A program made the position numbers and the translations under genes. A DNA stretch of 64,000 bases from Zygnema circumcarinatum SAG 698-1b (Eukaryota; Plantae; Zygnematophyceae): positions 424,689 through 488,688 of the forward strand of contig CM074809.1 of the NCBI GenBank assembly GCA_037447605.1, given 5' to 3'. How positions within the stretch are numbered: the stretch's first letter is position 1; the number at the start of each line of letters is the position of its first letter. Shown piece by piece: positions 1-13,857 of this stretch. The notes under the pieces were generated by a model. That model was not told the DNA's origin. It worked only from the letters and a program-made list of their open reading frames with translations, and did not search any database.

Positions 1-241
1 GGGAGGGTGAGAGGGCGAGAGGCCGCAAGGGGAGAGGAGAGGGTTAACACCCCACTCCCCTTCCTCTCCCTTCAGCACAAGTTTGAAACTCGAATAGGAG
101 GCCAAGAAACGTGTTGGAAATTCGGTCTATCGCTTTTGTCAAAATTGGCCGAACTAATTCTAAAAACTAAATGAGTGCTGTTTATCTAGTTATCTATTCC
201 CTCTCCCACTCCCCCTTCCCCCCTCATTTTTTATCTCTCAC

Positions 242-2166
242 CTCTCCTTCCATGTCCTCGTCACTCCGCCACTCCCTCCCTTCCGCTAAAGCTTCCGCTT
301 TAGCTGCCTCCTTTTTGGCAGCTTCTTTCTCTGCCCGCTTTTTAGCTCTCGCTACTCCCGCTCTGCACGAAAAAAGAAAAAACACTAAGAAAAGGAAACA
401 ACAACTGAAAAAACAGTCTAATAAACATAACAAACAAACAAGTGATGGTAGAAGAAATAAGTTTTTTAACTTATGTTCTCAAATTAAAAGAATTGATGTT
501 ATCTCTAAGGGCATATTTTAAGAGACTTACGCCACATTTCGAGGGAGAGGAGGAGCGTATTCTTGGAACACTCCCTCCTTCACCAGAAGGCCTTCTCCCT
601 CTCTCCCTCCCTCTCCCTCTCCCACCTCTGCCGGCCTATGCTTTCTCACCAACCCCGGATGGTCCTTTTTTGCCCGCAGTAATGCCTGCACTCCCACTCG
701 CTCACATCCCTTCGTTTAAAAAAAAATTCCCCCCTTTCCCCCTCCCTCCCACCCCTCCTGCTCTCCCTTCTCTCACTCTCTCTCACTCTCCACCCCCCCC
801 CTCTCTCTCCTTCTCTCTCTTGACAGTTTTTTGTTTCCTCACTCTCTCATGCCTAGCAGAGTCTACCGACTCACACGTGTGTTTTCGCGCTCGATCCGAA
901 TTGTCTCTTTGATTAAGGGGAGGGAAGCTTCCAGGAAGGCATCCAGTCTCCCAGCGAGGTGCAAAATCTGGGCTTGTAGTAACTTCACTTTTGCATCCTC
1001 CCACCACCTCTTCACTCTCACTCTCTCTCTCTCCCCCTCCTCCTCCCGTTTCCTTGCCTGCTGTTCCTCCTCTGGAAATGAAACCCCACCTCGATACAAC
1101 AGTCAGTCGGCCAATCAATCAGTCAGTCCATCAATAGATAAGTTTTTGTGAGACAACAATGTGGATGAGAAAGACATGCACAGAGAAACAAGTACATCAA
1201 TCATACAATATATATATACATATATGATGATATATATATGATATGATATATATGTATGTATGTATGTATCATATATATATGATATATGTGTATATATATG
1301 ATGGGCGATACATACCTGGAGAGGGGCGTAATATGAGAAGACCCTCATCGAATTGTTTGACCCGTCCGTACAGTTCTCCAAGAGCTAATCTCGATTCCAA
1401 GTGATCTGGAACAGCATGCACCACTGCACCCCCCCCCACCCGCAGAAAAAAATAAACAATTAGGATCCCACAGACACAATTTCCATAAAATGTGGTGAAA
1501 AGAGCAGACCTGGGTGAAAGAAAACAAAACTCAAATTCACTTTCTGTTTGTCAAAGATGATTCTTATGATGGAATACAATGCAATCTGATAACGGAGTTC
1601 TAATTTTGTTCTGAGTAGTGGGAGGCCCCCCTTCTCTCCCATACGCGCTATGCTCCACCTTCCTCTCCCTCTCCTCTCCTCTCTCTCCTCTCCCTCTCTC
1701 TCCTCTTCTCACCTTTCTTGTACACTTCAATGGCTTGCTGGTTGCTTCCAGCCTTCATGTGGCACTGTCCAATTTTGACCCAAAGAGGTGGCTGCACTCC
1801 CTCTCCCTCCCCCCCTCCCATCTCTCAACTCCAAAACCCTACTTGCCCTCAAACCTCCTCCACAATTTCTACTCCATAACAGGAAAAAACGGACTCCTCC
1901 ACGCACGAAAACTGAAACTGAATGAAACTGAAACTGAACCTGAAATCGAAATCCAACTTAAAATTGAACCGACAAAATGAAGGAAATGAAACCGAAAGAA
2001 ATTTGACGAACTTGACCTTATCGAGGTTCGGGCAGCTGCCCAGCCTCAAAAAAAAGGGCAGCGCTTCGGAAGGTTCGTCTACTGCCAAAAGTGCGTTTCC
2101 CACGTCTTCAAGAAGGTCGCTGAACTCTTCTGGGGGCTCGCATAGCAGCGCCTTGAAGGCTGGCTG

Positions 2167-2203
<37 letters not shown>

Positions 2204-2540
2204 GGGGGAGAGAGAGAGAGAGAGAGAGGGGGGAGGAGAAGTGAGGATGAGGGAGGGAGGGGGAACGAGGGAGGGAGAAAGAAGGAGAGACACAAAGACA
2301 AAAGGGGGGGGGAGACGAGCTCGGAAGAGTGTAGGAAAGAGAGGAGGAAGGAAGGGAGGGCAAGGAAAGAGAGGGACGAGAGAGCCAAGGAGGAAAAAAC
2401 CAACAGAGCAAAAAGCAGAGAAAGAGAAAGAATAAAACGAAGGGAGTTCTCCTCTGTTCACAAGCAGATCCTCAACACTCGACATCCTGCTTCAGGATCT
2501 CGTCGGGATTCTTTACTCCCTCCTCCCTTCTCCGGCTCTC

Positions 2541-2582
<42 letters not shown>

Positions 2583-2592
2583 NNNNNNNNNN

Positions 2593-2644
<52 letters not shown>

Positions 2645-5600
2645 TCTCTCTCTCTCGCTCTCTCTCTTTTCCTTTTTCTCTCCCCCCCCCCGCTTATCCC
2701 CACTTCCACCCACAAGCTCACCTGCGCCTCTTGAAGTTTCCCGGAGTAAGCGCAGCAGATCCCTGCTTTCACCTCCAAGTCCATGGGCAGCATCCCTCCC
2801 TCTCCGTGCCTCTCTCTCGCTCTCTCTACCACTGATGCGGCCTCTTTAAACTGCCCCAAAGCCATGTGAAGCTCTGCTAAAATGTTTACACTTGTCAGAT
2901 CGGCGTGAGTCGGATAGTTCTCCAACAGCTGCTCCAAAACGGTAATTGCTTTCTGGGAATGGTCCATTTTGTGGAATGTCTGTATATAGAAATTCACGCT
3001 AAAAATGCACGTTAGGAATGTTGCATGGATGCAGAAAAGAAAAAGTTGGAATTCGGAACAAAAGTTGGACAACAATGGGCATATAGTGCATCCAGTATCA
3101 TGAGAGGGAGAGAGAGGGAGAGAGGGGGGGGATAGGGAAGGCAAAAAGGACAAGAGAGAAGGACGGAAGAGAGCTTTTCTTCCACCAACAATGGTGCATA
3201 TACCCCAAAAAACTCACGTGTTCTCGAGTTGCAGAGAACAATCCAAACTGAGGCAATCTTGGAGTTCCCTCATGGAATATAATATGAGGTAGAAAGTAAT
3301 CTCAGAGATGTACCTACCCTTGCCAATTGGTGGCAGAGCTCGGTATCGTTCGGTCTCTTTGTGTGCATCTGCTCAAGTTCAAGAGATGCTCTTTTCAGGT
3401 CTCCCGTTTCTATGAAAAGAAGCGCTCGCTCCCACTTCGCCTCCTCATCCTCTCTATCGAGTTTGAGCACTTTTGAAATGCAATATAAAGCCTGCCGCAG
3501 ATTCCCCTCCTCCCTGCATTCCTCCTCTAAGAAATGCACAACTCTCAGGGACCCCAAAAAATCCAAATAAGAAAAAAAAGGAGAAAATCTAATAATGCCG
3601 GCACTCTTCACAAAGGTAAGCATTCTTTTTCTTTCTTAGTTCTTTTCCGGGATTAGTTGCTTACTTTGACCAAGTCGCAAGACGCTTCCATTGGTCGATG
3701 TCTTTAGGGTTGATGTGAGCAGCAAGAAGGTAGAACTGTAGGGCCTTTTTTGTGTTGCCCATGGCCTCATGCACTAGTCCGAGAGTGAGGTAGGAGTCTA
3801 CCACATTCGGAGCTGTCCTCACTATCTCCTGTAGGAGCTCAACTGCCTGTTCCATGCGAAAGAAAAACGATAAATTCCGTTGGGGAAACAAAGAATCAGC
3901 TCGACAATGCTTTAGTGGAACATGCATCGACAAGAATGTAGAATGCATGGAGAGTGGGAGAGTGGGGAGAGGGAGAGGGAGAGGGAGAGGGAGAGGGAGA
4001 GGGAGAGGGGAGAGGCGAAGGGGGAGGAGGAGATCCGAAAGGGGAGGAGAGAGGAGGTGGGGTAGAGGAGAAATGAGGCATTCTCTCAAGTGCGTGTTTG
4101 CGAAAAGCAAACATAGCTGCTTTTGGTGAGGTGAATAGTAAGAGACAAGCAGAGAGAGAGGGAGAAAAAGAAAAAAGAGTGAAAATAGAGAGAGAGAAAG
4201 AGAAGGGGATTTTGTACCTCCTCATATTTCTCTGCAATGTATAGAAGATTTGCCTCTCCCAGCTTGCGATGTACCTCTTTCGTCACTCCACCTGTCTTCC
4301 CTTTCCTCCGACCTCTCCTCCGAGGCTGCACCTTCAGAAGACGACTTTAAGAGTTGGGGTAAAATAGAAACAGCTTCGCTACGAAAAAACACCCCAAAAG
4401 AAAAACAAAAGGAGGGCAAAGAAAAGAATCTGACGAAGAAGGCAACCAATATAAAAAAAAGCGTAAGAAATGGTTTCTTTTCATGTTTAGTCCATGCGTG
4501 TATGAAGGATTGGCTCTCACACACACACCTCTCCTCTCCTCCCTCTCCCTCTCCCGCGCCGACTCTGCTCAAGGGCCTCCTCTATCTCGTCCACATCCGC
4601 TCCAAAAACTGCCTGTCGCTTTGAAGGCCGGCTTCCGTCCCTGCTATGCAGAAACAATCATAGGATCTAAAATATAAATTTATAGATAAAATACGTATAC
4701 ATTTGTATGTATATGTATACATTAGAAGGGAAGAAGGCGAAGGGGTTAGGAAGAGAGATGGACTGAATTTCTTAAAGGGAAGGACTTAAAACATTCTCTC
4801 TCTCTCTCCCCTCTCTCTCTCCCGCTCTCTCCCTCTCTCTCTCCTTCTCATTTGCTCTCGTTTACTCGTCGAAACACGGAGGATATTCCCCACAAAACCC
4901 TGAAAAAAATGGCTTAAGAGCCCTAACTCCTTCACCCTCAAACCTTCGTTCCAAGAAACTACAAGTTCACAACAACCCTCAAAGAAAAACAACACTCTTT
5001 CTAAACACACACACATAGAAAGAAGACTAGCTTTGGACCTAAAAGAAACCCTTCATTCCAAGGTTTGAAAGAGCCCTAAAACCCCCAAAAGGGAGCCAGG
5101 AATCTGTCAATACCGTACACCCTACACCCTGAACCCTAATCCTGGCGCCCTCCAAGCCCTACAAGCCCTGAACCCTCTCACGCCCTATACCCTATACCCT
5201 CTACACCCTAAACCCTAAACCTTATACACCCTACCCCCAAATGCACAAGCCTGGAAGCTGTGGGTGCCCTGAACCCTCCCTCCCTCCCTCCCTCCCTCCC
5301 TCCTTCCCTCCCTCCCTCCCTCCCTCCCCTCCCCCCTCCCCTTCCTCCCCCTCCCCTCCCTCCCTCCCCTCCCTCTCAACTCCCTCCCTCCCTTCCTCTC
5401 TCCCTCCTCCCCTCCCTCCCATCAATTCCCTTCCATCCCTCCCTCCCCCTCCCCTCCCTCCCTCCCTCCCCTTCCCTCCTTCCCCTCCTCCCCTCCCTCC
5501 CCTCAACTCCCTCCCTCCCTCCCTCCCCTCACCTCCCTCCCCTCTCCTCCCCCCCTCCTCTCCCTCCCTTCCCTCCCCTCCCCTTCCTCCCCTCCCCTCC

Positions 5601-6312
5601 CTACCCTCCCCTCCCCTCAACTCCCTCCCCTTCCCTTCCTCCCTTCCCCTCCCTCCCCTCCCCTCCCCTCAACTCCCTCTCTCCCTCCCTCCCTCCCTCC
5701 CCTCAACTCCTCCATCCTCTCCTCCCCTCCCTCCCTCCTCTCCTCTCCCCTCCCTCCTCTCCCTCCCTCCCTCCTCTTTCTCTCCTCCCCTCCCTCCCTC
5801 CTTTCCTCCCTCCCTCCCTCCCCCTCCCCTCCCTCCCTCCCTCCCTCCCTCCCTCCTCCCTCCCTCCCTCACCCCTGGCGCCGGCGCTTGGCCGCGAGCA
5901 CCTCCGCCTGGAGGCGGCGGAAGTGGTCGAAGCCCTCCTCGGCCTCCTTCTCCTCCTCGTCCTCCCCCGCCCCCCCTCCGCCCACCAGCGAGAGCGGGTC
6001 CACCGCGCCGTCGAACTCCAGCGCGTCATCCTCCTCCTCATCGTCCTCAACATCATCATGTTCACGGTCATGGCCATGGTCAGCATCACCTCCCGCAGGG
6101 GCACCATCATGATGCGCATAATATGGAGCTATGGCTCCAGCGCCATACCCGCCGCCTGCGTCCTCATCAGGGGCAACATCATCATCATCATCATCTTCGC
6201 CGTATTGAGATTCGGCATGCGGAAGGTACTCTGCATCATCACTATCATCACCATCATCATCATCGCCATCATCCGACACATCGCCGTAGGGCTTCCGGGC
6301 AGCCATAGCCAT
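242..6312 (-). CDS. GTF3C3: RNA polymerase III transcription factor TFIIIC TPR subunit (Tfc4/TFIIIC102 family), multi-exon, continues off the left edge
   Basis: Exon peptides match the family. Acidic N-terminus with FDGAVDPLSL...FRRLQAEVLAAKRR (5869-6312). RRKGKTGGVTKEVHRKLGEANLLY (~4220-4330). TPRs LQEIVRTAPNVVDSYLTLGLVHEAMG...AAHINPKDIDQWKRLA (~3665-3850), ALYCISKVLKLD...KWERALLF (~3320-3520), AITVLEQLLENYPTHADLTSVNILAEL (~2735-2980), LLEDVGNALL (~1995-2120), DHLESRLALGELY (~1315-1425), WWEDAKVKL (~870-1100). GT-AG boundaries are visible. Confidence 0.88.
5268..5872. repeat. ~600-bp (CCCT/CCTC)n polypyrimidine tract in TFIIIC intron 1
   Basis: Almost pure C/T on the + strand. It is the source of the Pro-rich and Gly/Arg-rich shadow ORFs. 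Confidence 0.95.
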
Positions 6313-7352
6313 GGCCGCCTTGGCTAGAGGCGAGAGGATCAGGCAACTTCAAACCCTAACGGTAACAAACTCGTATCGCATAATATCGAAAGTATCGTAT
6401 CGTATAATACCGTCGTGTATCGGATATTGAAGTCAGTATTGCGAATATATTGTAACGTTTCGTATTGCGGAGTTTTAACAGATTTGAATATACTGTATCG
6501 ATTTGAAAGGTGGGTAGTTTGGAGTAATATCGAGATACACATATATCGGGATACTCGAATTTGTAACGATGCTATGTACCATCAGTTACGCCGTCTGGTC
6601 GGGCCGGTCGACGTGCGGTTCATTTGCCGACAAAATCGTCGTACGGATACAGAGCATGCATGGTAATTTGTCGGGAAGCGGAGACGCTTTACCTGTTAAG
6701 CGAGAGGGATCGTTAATTACAGTTATTCCACGACAAAGAAGTCAATAATTGAGTAACTGGTCGGAGCTAACTCCCTGACACCTGAAACCTGGAAACGACG
6801 ACGAGCTATGACCTGCCGGGCTATTATCTTGTCGTTGTCTAACCGCTGTACGAATGGCCAATAAGCTAACTGCTCTGAGGAGATGACGACAAAAACAATC
6901 ACGATGCAATTCGTACAGAATTGTACGAGTCCGTACGGGTAACTGTACGAACAAGCTGACTTCGGAGCGCTGTAGGTTTGGGCCTTCAACCGCAAAAAAA
7001 ATGAGTGGTTGGGTTGAGCTTTTGTGTTATTTTTCGTAATTTTGAGATCGGGGAGGAGGAGGAAGGAGACGGAGGGCGGCATTTTGGTTTTTGGGCTGGG
7101 ATCGCGGCTCGGGAGGTGAACGGATTCGACGAGAATTTAGGGTTTAAGGTTTAGGGTTTGGGGTTGCAGGGGTCGGGGTGTTCGGATGGTGGTGAGAATG
7201 TGATGAATGTTTGGTGGGGAAGTTACTGCTTTGGGGATGACAGGAGTGGGTGNNNNNNNNNNNNNNNNNNNNNNNNNNNNNNNNNNNNNNNNNNNNNNNN
7301 NNNNNNNNNNNNNNNNNNNNNNNNNNNNNNNNNNNNNNNNNNNNNNNNNNNN

Positions 7353-8263
7353 CACATGGTTTCGTAGGCAAGCCTTGAAAAGCTGCGGAATCGTGCAACC
7401 CTAATTCGCGCAATCCTCATTTGGGTAACCCTAATTGGGCAATCCCAATTTGTGTGACCCTCAGTTGTGCGACCCTCACTTGTTCAACCCTCATTTGTGC
7501 AACCCTAACTGTGCAACCTCTCGTTGTGCGACCCTCATGTGTACAACCCTAATTCCTGGGAACCCTGATTTGCGCAACCCTACTTCCTGCAAACCCTAAT
7601 TGATTCGGCAGCCCCACCGTTCATGGGTGTGCGAATTTCATGGCTCATGTTGGCGAGGAAGCAACTCTTCGCTTGTGACGCACGCTCCGCCGCCTCTTTG
7701 GCGAGTCGCAGCTCCTCCTCGTGACGCTTCACATCCGTAAGGTCTTGCCAGACTACCAGCCACACCTGCTTCTCCTCCACCCGTATGTTCTGCACCCTCT
7801 CCCACCCTCTCTCCCTCTCTCAGGCTCTCTGGACATCTTGAAATCAATGTTGAATGATGCCGATACCCCACTTCTGCAAACCCTCGGAGAGGAATCGTAA
7901 AGGAAGGAATTTGGAGGGACCCTAAGGGTTGCAAAAGGAGGGCTCATTTTCTCACCTTTGCAAGCACAAGGCAGGGAAGAGGCGACCCGTCCAGTCGCCG
8001 ATGCATCCATTCAAATCGCAATTCCTGACCAAACTCCACATGCTTCATGATTCCCTGAATGACTTCCGGGGAAGGTCTCCCATTGGGCTGAGTTTCTGGG
8101 GAAATATCTTGCGATCTTATTCCCATCGCCAGTAGCTGCTGCTTATCTGGGGCGCCCAAAACCTTCACTGTGGCTTCGTTGCAGTCCACAAGAATGTCAT
8201 CTTCCACAATCAACATAGGCTCCTGCAGCAGCATTTGGAAGGGGGGGGGGGGGGGGGGGGGGG
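7353..8263 (-). repeat. Apparently identical copy of 8740-9650 (two histidine-kinase exons plus introns), bounded by N gaps; probable assembly duplicate
   Basis: ORFs 7580-7795 and 7944-8234 translate identically to 8967-9182 and 9331-9621 (offset 1387). The copy starts right after the 100-N gap (7253-7352) and ends at a G-run plus 10-N gap (8264-8273). Confidence 0.85.
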
Positions 8264-8273
8264 NNNNNNNNNN

Positions 8274-8330
<57 letters not shown>

Positions 8331-8412
8331 GAAGCGTGCATCAGGTTTTGGTGAACTGTTGAAAAAGTATGTGAATTAAACCGAAGTTTCGGCATGACTG
8401 AACTGATCGCAC

Positions 8413-9823
8413 CTGCAGTCCCTTTTCATGCTTGACCGCATCAAAGAGGGCGAGTGCCTCCTGAAGATGATCCCTCAAGTTGAACTCGATGCACTCCAAA
8501 GTGAGACTGTGCGATTCCACCTTCGCCAGGTCCAACACGTCAGAGATGATCCGCAGCAGCGTATCGCCCGAGCTGCGGACAATCTTCAAGTACGCTCTCT
8601 GCTCCTCCGTGAGAGGGGTATTCAGAAGAATCTCCACAATGCCGATCACTCCTGCAACAGAAAGAAAGGCGAGGGAGGGAGAAGGTGGGTGAGGTGAGGT
8701 TACAATAGAACCCATGGGGAATGCTTCTTGTCTAAGCGGCACATGGTTTCGTAGGCAAGCCTTGAAAAGCTGCGGAATCGTGCAACCCTAATTCGCGCAA
8801 TCCTCATTTGGGTAACCCTAATTGGGCAATCCCAATTTGTGTGACCCTCAGTTGTGCGACCCTCACTTGTTCAACCCTCATTTGTGCAACCCTAACTGTG
8901 CAACCTCTCGTTGTGCGACCCTCATGTGTACAACCCTAATTCCTGGGAACCCTGATTTGCGCAACCCTACTTCCTGCAAACCCTAATTGATTCGGCAGCC
9001 CCACCGTTCATGGGTGTGCGAATTTCATGGCTCATGTTGGCGAGGAAGCAACTCTTCGCTTGTGACGCACGCTCCGCCGCCTCTTTGGCGAGTCGCAGCT
9101 CCTCCTCGTGACGCTTCACATCCGTAAGGTCTTGCCAGACTACCAGCCACACCTGCTTCTCCTCCACCCGTATGTTCTGCACCCTCTCCCACCCTCTCTC
9201 CCTCTCTCAGGCTCTCTGGACATCTTGAAATCAATGTTGAATGATGCCGATACCCCACTTCTGCAAACCCTCGGAGAGGAATCGTAAAGGAAGGAATTTG
9301 GAGGGACCCTAAGGGTTGCAAAAGGAGGGCTCATTTTCTCACCTTTGCAAGCACAAGGCAGGGAAGAGGCGACCCGTCCAGTCGCCGATGCATCCATTCA
9401 AATCGCAATTCCTGACCAAACTCCACATGCTTCATGATTCCCTGAATGACTTCCGGGGAAGGTCTCCCATTGGGCTGAGTTTCTGGGGAAATATCTTGCG
9501 ATCTTATTCCCATCGCCAGTAGCTGCTGCTTATCTGGGGCGCCCAAAACCTTCACTGTGGCTTCGTTGCAGTCCACAAGAATGTCATCTTCCACAATCAA
9601 CATAGGCTCCTGCAGCAGCATTTGGAAGGGGGGGGGGGGGGGGGGGGGGGNNNNNNNNNNGGGGGGGGGGAGGGTGTAAGATTATTATGCTAGACACATC
9701 TGTTTGGGACTGACGAGATGTGGGGAAAGAATTGGCTTACCAGAGAGACATCGAATATGACTCGAAATTTTTCTTCGACGAGAAGTTTGTCGGTAACATC
9801 CTGGCAGAGCCAGACCTGCTCCA

Positions 9824-9864
<41 letters not shown>

Positions 9865-11300
9865 CGTCACTGCTTGGTTTGTTACAACGAAAAAGATCAT
9901 ACATGACTCAGCCTTTTATGCCCCTTTAACCTTACACCACAAAAAAAAATTACAAAATAGAGTTTCAATAATGTCATTCACTTAATCTTTTTTAAAAAAG
10001 TTCAAAAAAACGAGTTCGTACCCACCACCGCTCCCTAGAGGACGAGAGTGGGAGAAAGCGGGAGAGCACCGTAGAGAGAGAGAGCGGGAGAGGAACTCAC
10101 CGAACCTCCTTCATAGACAAACCCTGAAAACTCCGCCCATCGATAGGCCCCGTCCTTCCTCTGCAGCTGCACTTTATCAGAATCCGGAAACCCGAGAAGC
10201 TTGTGCTGCTCGTACATTTCACGCACTTCCGGAGCCCTTTCTCTGTAATATTTGTCAAAGGACTGATCCAACGTCGGGACTTCACTCTGCGTGTATCCCG
10301 TTATTTCCTCCATAGCCCGATTCACTGTGCATCGGTTCGCAAGGTCAAAATGCGTAATTCCAACAGGGACGTGCTCCAATATCTCCTTCATTTGCTTTGC
10401 AGATTCAGTCAGCTTGTTGACATTCTCCTGGAAAGAAAAGGGCACATCAAACAATAGGAGGTTGCAGGCTTTCGGCAATTGAGATTGTCAGTGCGTGTTT
10501 GCCGAGCTCCCGCAAAAACAAGTGCGCGGAAAAGACGGCAAACTTCGTATATTACCTCCATTTCTTTGTACATCGAAATGTCGTCGAATAAAGCAACTGC
10601 AAAGTTTTCTGCCGATGAGATGGCTCGCAGACGCAGCCATACATGGCTGCCATCGCTTCTCCTCCACCTCCATTCTCTAGGGCGTCCTTTGACTTCGTTG
10701 CAATAAACCGATCCCCTGCAAGTCTCCTGCACACCAGAAAGGCGAGAAGAACACAATAGCAGAGTATCAGGCACCACACACATCGCTGCAATACTTGCAT
10801 TTGAAGCATAAAAAGGCCTTTGTCGAGAGATAACTTTAGAAAGCTAAAGAAATTTGAGGATTGCTAGTACCTCAAAGGAAGGAAGATCCTCCGAAACGAT
10901 GAAACTGTCCATAGTTTGAAAACAGATATCCTCCTGAGAATGGCCCAACAGCTTTTCGAAGCCCTCGCTGTTCGCAAACCCGCCAAGTGAACTTGAAATG
11001 ATTAAAATTTTCCCTGGTCTTTCAAAACTCAATTACGACAGCCAGTAATCATTTGCGGAATATCTGCAACCCTATAGGCTGCCAGAACTGCATCATCAGT
11101 CTATTTTTTGCACATTAGTAGTAACTTGAGAAGGGAGAGGGAACCTGCAAGAGAGAATGACATTGTTGCAGTCGATCACCACCATTCCAAGCTCCGCGCG
11201 ATTGAAAAGATCATATGCGGACTGCAGCAGCAATTGCTGCGCCATTTCTATTGATGATCCCTCTCTCGCCCACTTTGTCTTAATGCTCTCAGTCGCAGGC
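8413..11300 (-). CDS. Multi-PAS sensor histidine kinase (3 PAS/PAC + HisKA + start of HATPase); 5' end uncertain, 3' end missing
   Basis: Exons give PAS1 ([12 protein letters not shown] / [13 protein letters not shown] / [16 protein letters not shown]...FDDIS), PAS2 ([12 protein letters not shown]...[11 protein letters not shown]...RKDGAYRW / VWLCQDVTD, exon ~9743-9817) and PAS3 ([12 protein letters not shown]...[12 protein letters not shown]...[10 protein letters not shown] / VWQDLTD). H-box [19 protein letters not shown]|[21 protein letters not shown]...[15 protein letters not shown] (8413-8654). Confidence 0.85.
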
Positions 11301-13857
11301 CTGCCCAAATTCCCAAAACCGATACCGTATCATGCCTACGTTCCAAACTTGTCCCAGAAAACGTTCGAATCTCTCAGAATATCCCAAAACCGCTCCTTTC
11401 AGCAACACCTTCCAGCCCGCGCAGAACAGGCAGCAAGGTGGTTTATTTTGAGGCCCAAGAAAACGAGCACAGAGAGGCGTACGCAAAAGAGAACGGCTTC
11501 TTTCTTCCTCCGTTCTCCTTGCCCGCCATGCTTGTCCCTCCGCAACTTCCACATAACTCGGTCTCCAGCCTCCTCAACTTACGATGCTGCTCCTCCATCC
11601 TGCAACCACGCTTGCTGCTATCTCCTCCCAATACTGTGAGGAGACGCTTGTTCTCCCCGTAATCACCTCCAAACAAGCGTAACCATGGCTGTCAGGCTCC
11701 TCCTCTCTTTCTCTCTCTCTCTCTCTCCCTCTCTACTGCTCCCTCTGCTCCCTTTCCAGCAACAACTTCAGCTAAAAGCAGCGAAATGCAGACCACTTCC
11801 TCTATCAGGGAGCTTGCGAGGGGAGAGAAGGTAAGTGGAGATAAGCTGCAGAGGCATGGCATAGCCATAGGCATGCCATGTCATGGGGGGAGCGGTACAG
11901 GCAGAAGCTGGAAGGACGTACAGTAGCAACTTTTTGTACTTTCACGCAGCGGCCGTACGGATCCCTTGTCGGCACCAGGGCGAACGGATACGGGATGGGC
12001 CCGCATCCTATTGGGCCACGTCATAGGAAACGTCAAAAGCGACAAAAAAGGACGTCGGGTTTGGATGGATTTGATTTGGACGCTTGCGGCTGATATAGCA
12101 GGACTGTACCTCGACGTCACATGTCGAAAAAACACAAATACAGTGTCAGCAGCTGCACTGTTTTAACTATGACTGTGACTGACTGGGATTACATAGAATA
12201 TAAGGCCTACTTTTACGGGAGAGTGTGCATGTATCCCGTTCTAGAAACTGTGCTGGGCCACAGCTTACGACCTTGAACTGGGCGGTCGCCACTTCTGTGC
12301 TGCGCAGTTTAACAAGGTTTTCCAGCGCAGGCCGCTCCATGCATAGAACGCCCCGGGACCTTCCGTTCGCGGTCGCAGGACCCGCCCTGTCGGATGCTGG
12401 CGAGAGGACGTGGCTTCGTGCCTGTACGGTGGAACACCGTACGAATGGATACTGTACTGTACAGTACAGTGTGTGTACGGCAGAGGGATGATACGGTTGT
12501 TTTATGTACTGTACGGCAGGAAAATACGGATGATTGATTGATCATGTGTACGGTGCGCCGTACAATTCGGGGAGATGGAGGCTGAACATTAGGGTTAGGG
12601 TTATGGTTAGGGTTGCTGCCGGGGGCAGCTAAAGGCTCAGAAGGGGAGATTGTGCAGACGGACGGCATAGCAGGTGAAGGTGGCGTGTTCTCAGGGAGCA
12701 GTGCAGGGATTGAAGTAAATGTATAAACTGCTGCTCTTGCAGCCATTTTAATATGACGGAGTGAAAAGCTTTCTCAGCATGGATCTGTTGATTATGGCTT
12801 GCTGGATTGGCCGCGAGTGAATGTGACTTGTGTGAGCATTGCTGCATTAGGCGATGTTCGACATTGCTTTGGCCTGGAGCTTCTTAATATCTTGATCATG
12901 GCGGATCTAGCATCAGTGGAGAATAGTGATAGAAGGCTTGGGAATTCACTCCAGTGTCGTCGATCATTCTTCGCAGTGCAAGGACGGGTTTTTTGGGTTT
13001 TCTACACATTTATATCTTTTCTGTATGCAAACGATTTATGCAAAGGCTAACTCTTTTTGCATACCTACACTTTGCGAATGAAGCACATTCGATCGAGTTT
13101 TATTCATTGACCATCCCCTCCCTGCACAGTGAGGTCTGACCAGCCATAAACATGCTGTCCGTGATTTTGTCACAACAGGCGCTTCTCCATGCACACCATC
13201 CATTCTCCATCATTTGTTTGCCACCACCATTCACCGAATTCAACAAAAATAAATAAAGAAAAGGAAGAAAAATGGACCCAAACTGACAGCCTACTTTACT
13301 TGGTGCATATTGCACTCAAAGCCATCGTACAGCTCCCCTCCTCGCTCGTCCTCAGCGCGAGTGCTCGCCCTGAAATCGAGACACTAAAAACAGGCTAAAA
13401 CTCCGCCACTTTATGTACAAAGGGGAGCGCCATCAGCGCCGCCAAACTCCACTTGCGCGCAAGTGAGAATGTGGGAGCACGGATTTTTCGAAAGAACAGG
13501 CAAAAAAAAAGGCCGATGTCTCCCACCCCGATCACATTCCCCTCCAATCTGGCCTCTGAATCTCAAAACGATATCGAAATGTAGGTTCATTGTAACTTGT
13601 CCCGCCCCTCCCCCTTCCCTCTCCCTCTCCAGCTTCCTCTCCCTCTCCCTCCCTCTCTCCCTTCCTCTACGTCTCGCCCCTCGTCCTCCCACTTCTCTTA
13701 GCCCTTACCATATCCGCCCCCCTTCCTCGCGCGCTTCCCATGCTTCTTTTTCTTCTCCTTCCTCTCCCCCCTTCTCTCACCTTTTCCCTTTCCCCTGCCC
13801 CTTCTCCTTCTCCTCCCCCTCCCCCTCCCACTTCCCCGTAATCCACATTCACTCTCT

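Noticed and set aside
5231-6327. Long Pro-rich (+) and Gly/Arg-rich (-) ORFs of up to 355 aa
   Set aside because: Translations of the (CCCT)n intron tract and of the antisense strand of TFIIIC exon 1.
6339-7135. CGTAT-rich block and 119-aa ORF between TFIIIC and the N gap
   Set aside because: Looks like decayed transposon sub-terminal DNA, but I could not find a convincing TIR/TSD pair or protein motif.
7395-7580. Regularly spaced AACCCT(A/C)A repeats resembling a CRISPR array
   Set aside because: ~15-nt degenerate tandem units with no unique spacers, in a eukaryotic intron, with no cas genes.
11900-13850. Possible kinase exons for the RLP, or 5' exons of the histidine kinase
   Set aside because: No GxGxxG, HRD, DFG or PAS motifs in any frame I read. 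Some splice-like signals (~13300-13370) occur but there is no identifiable product.
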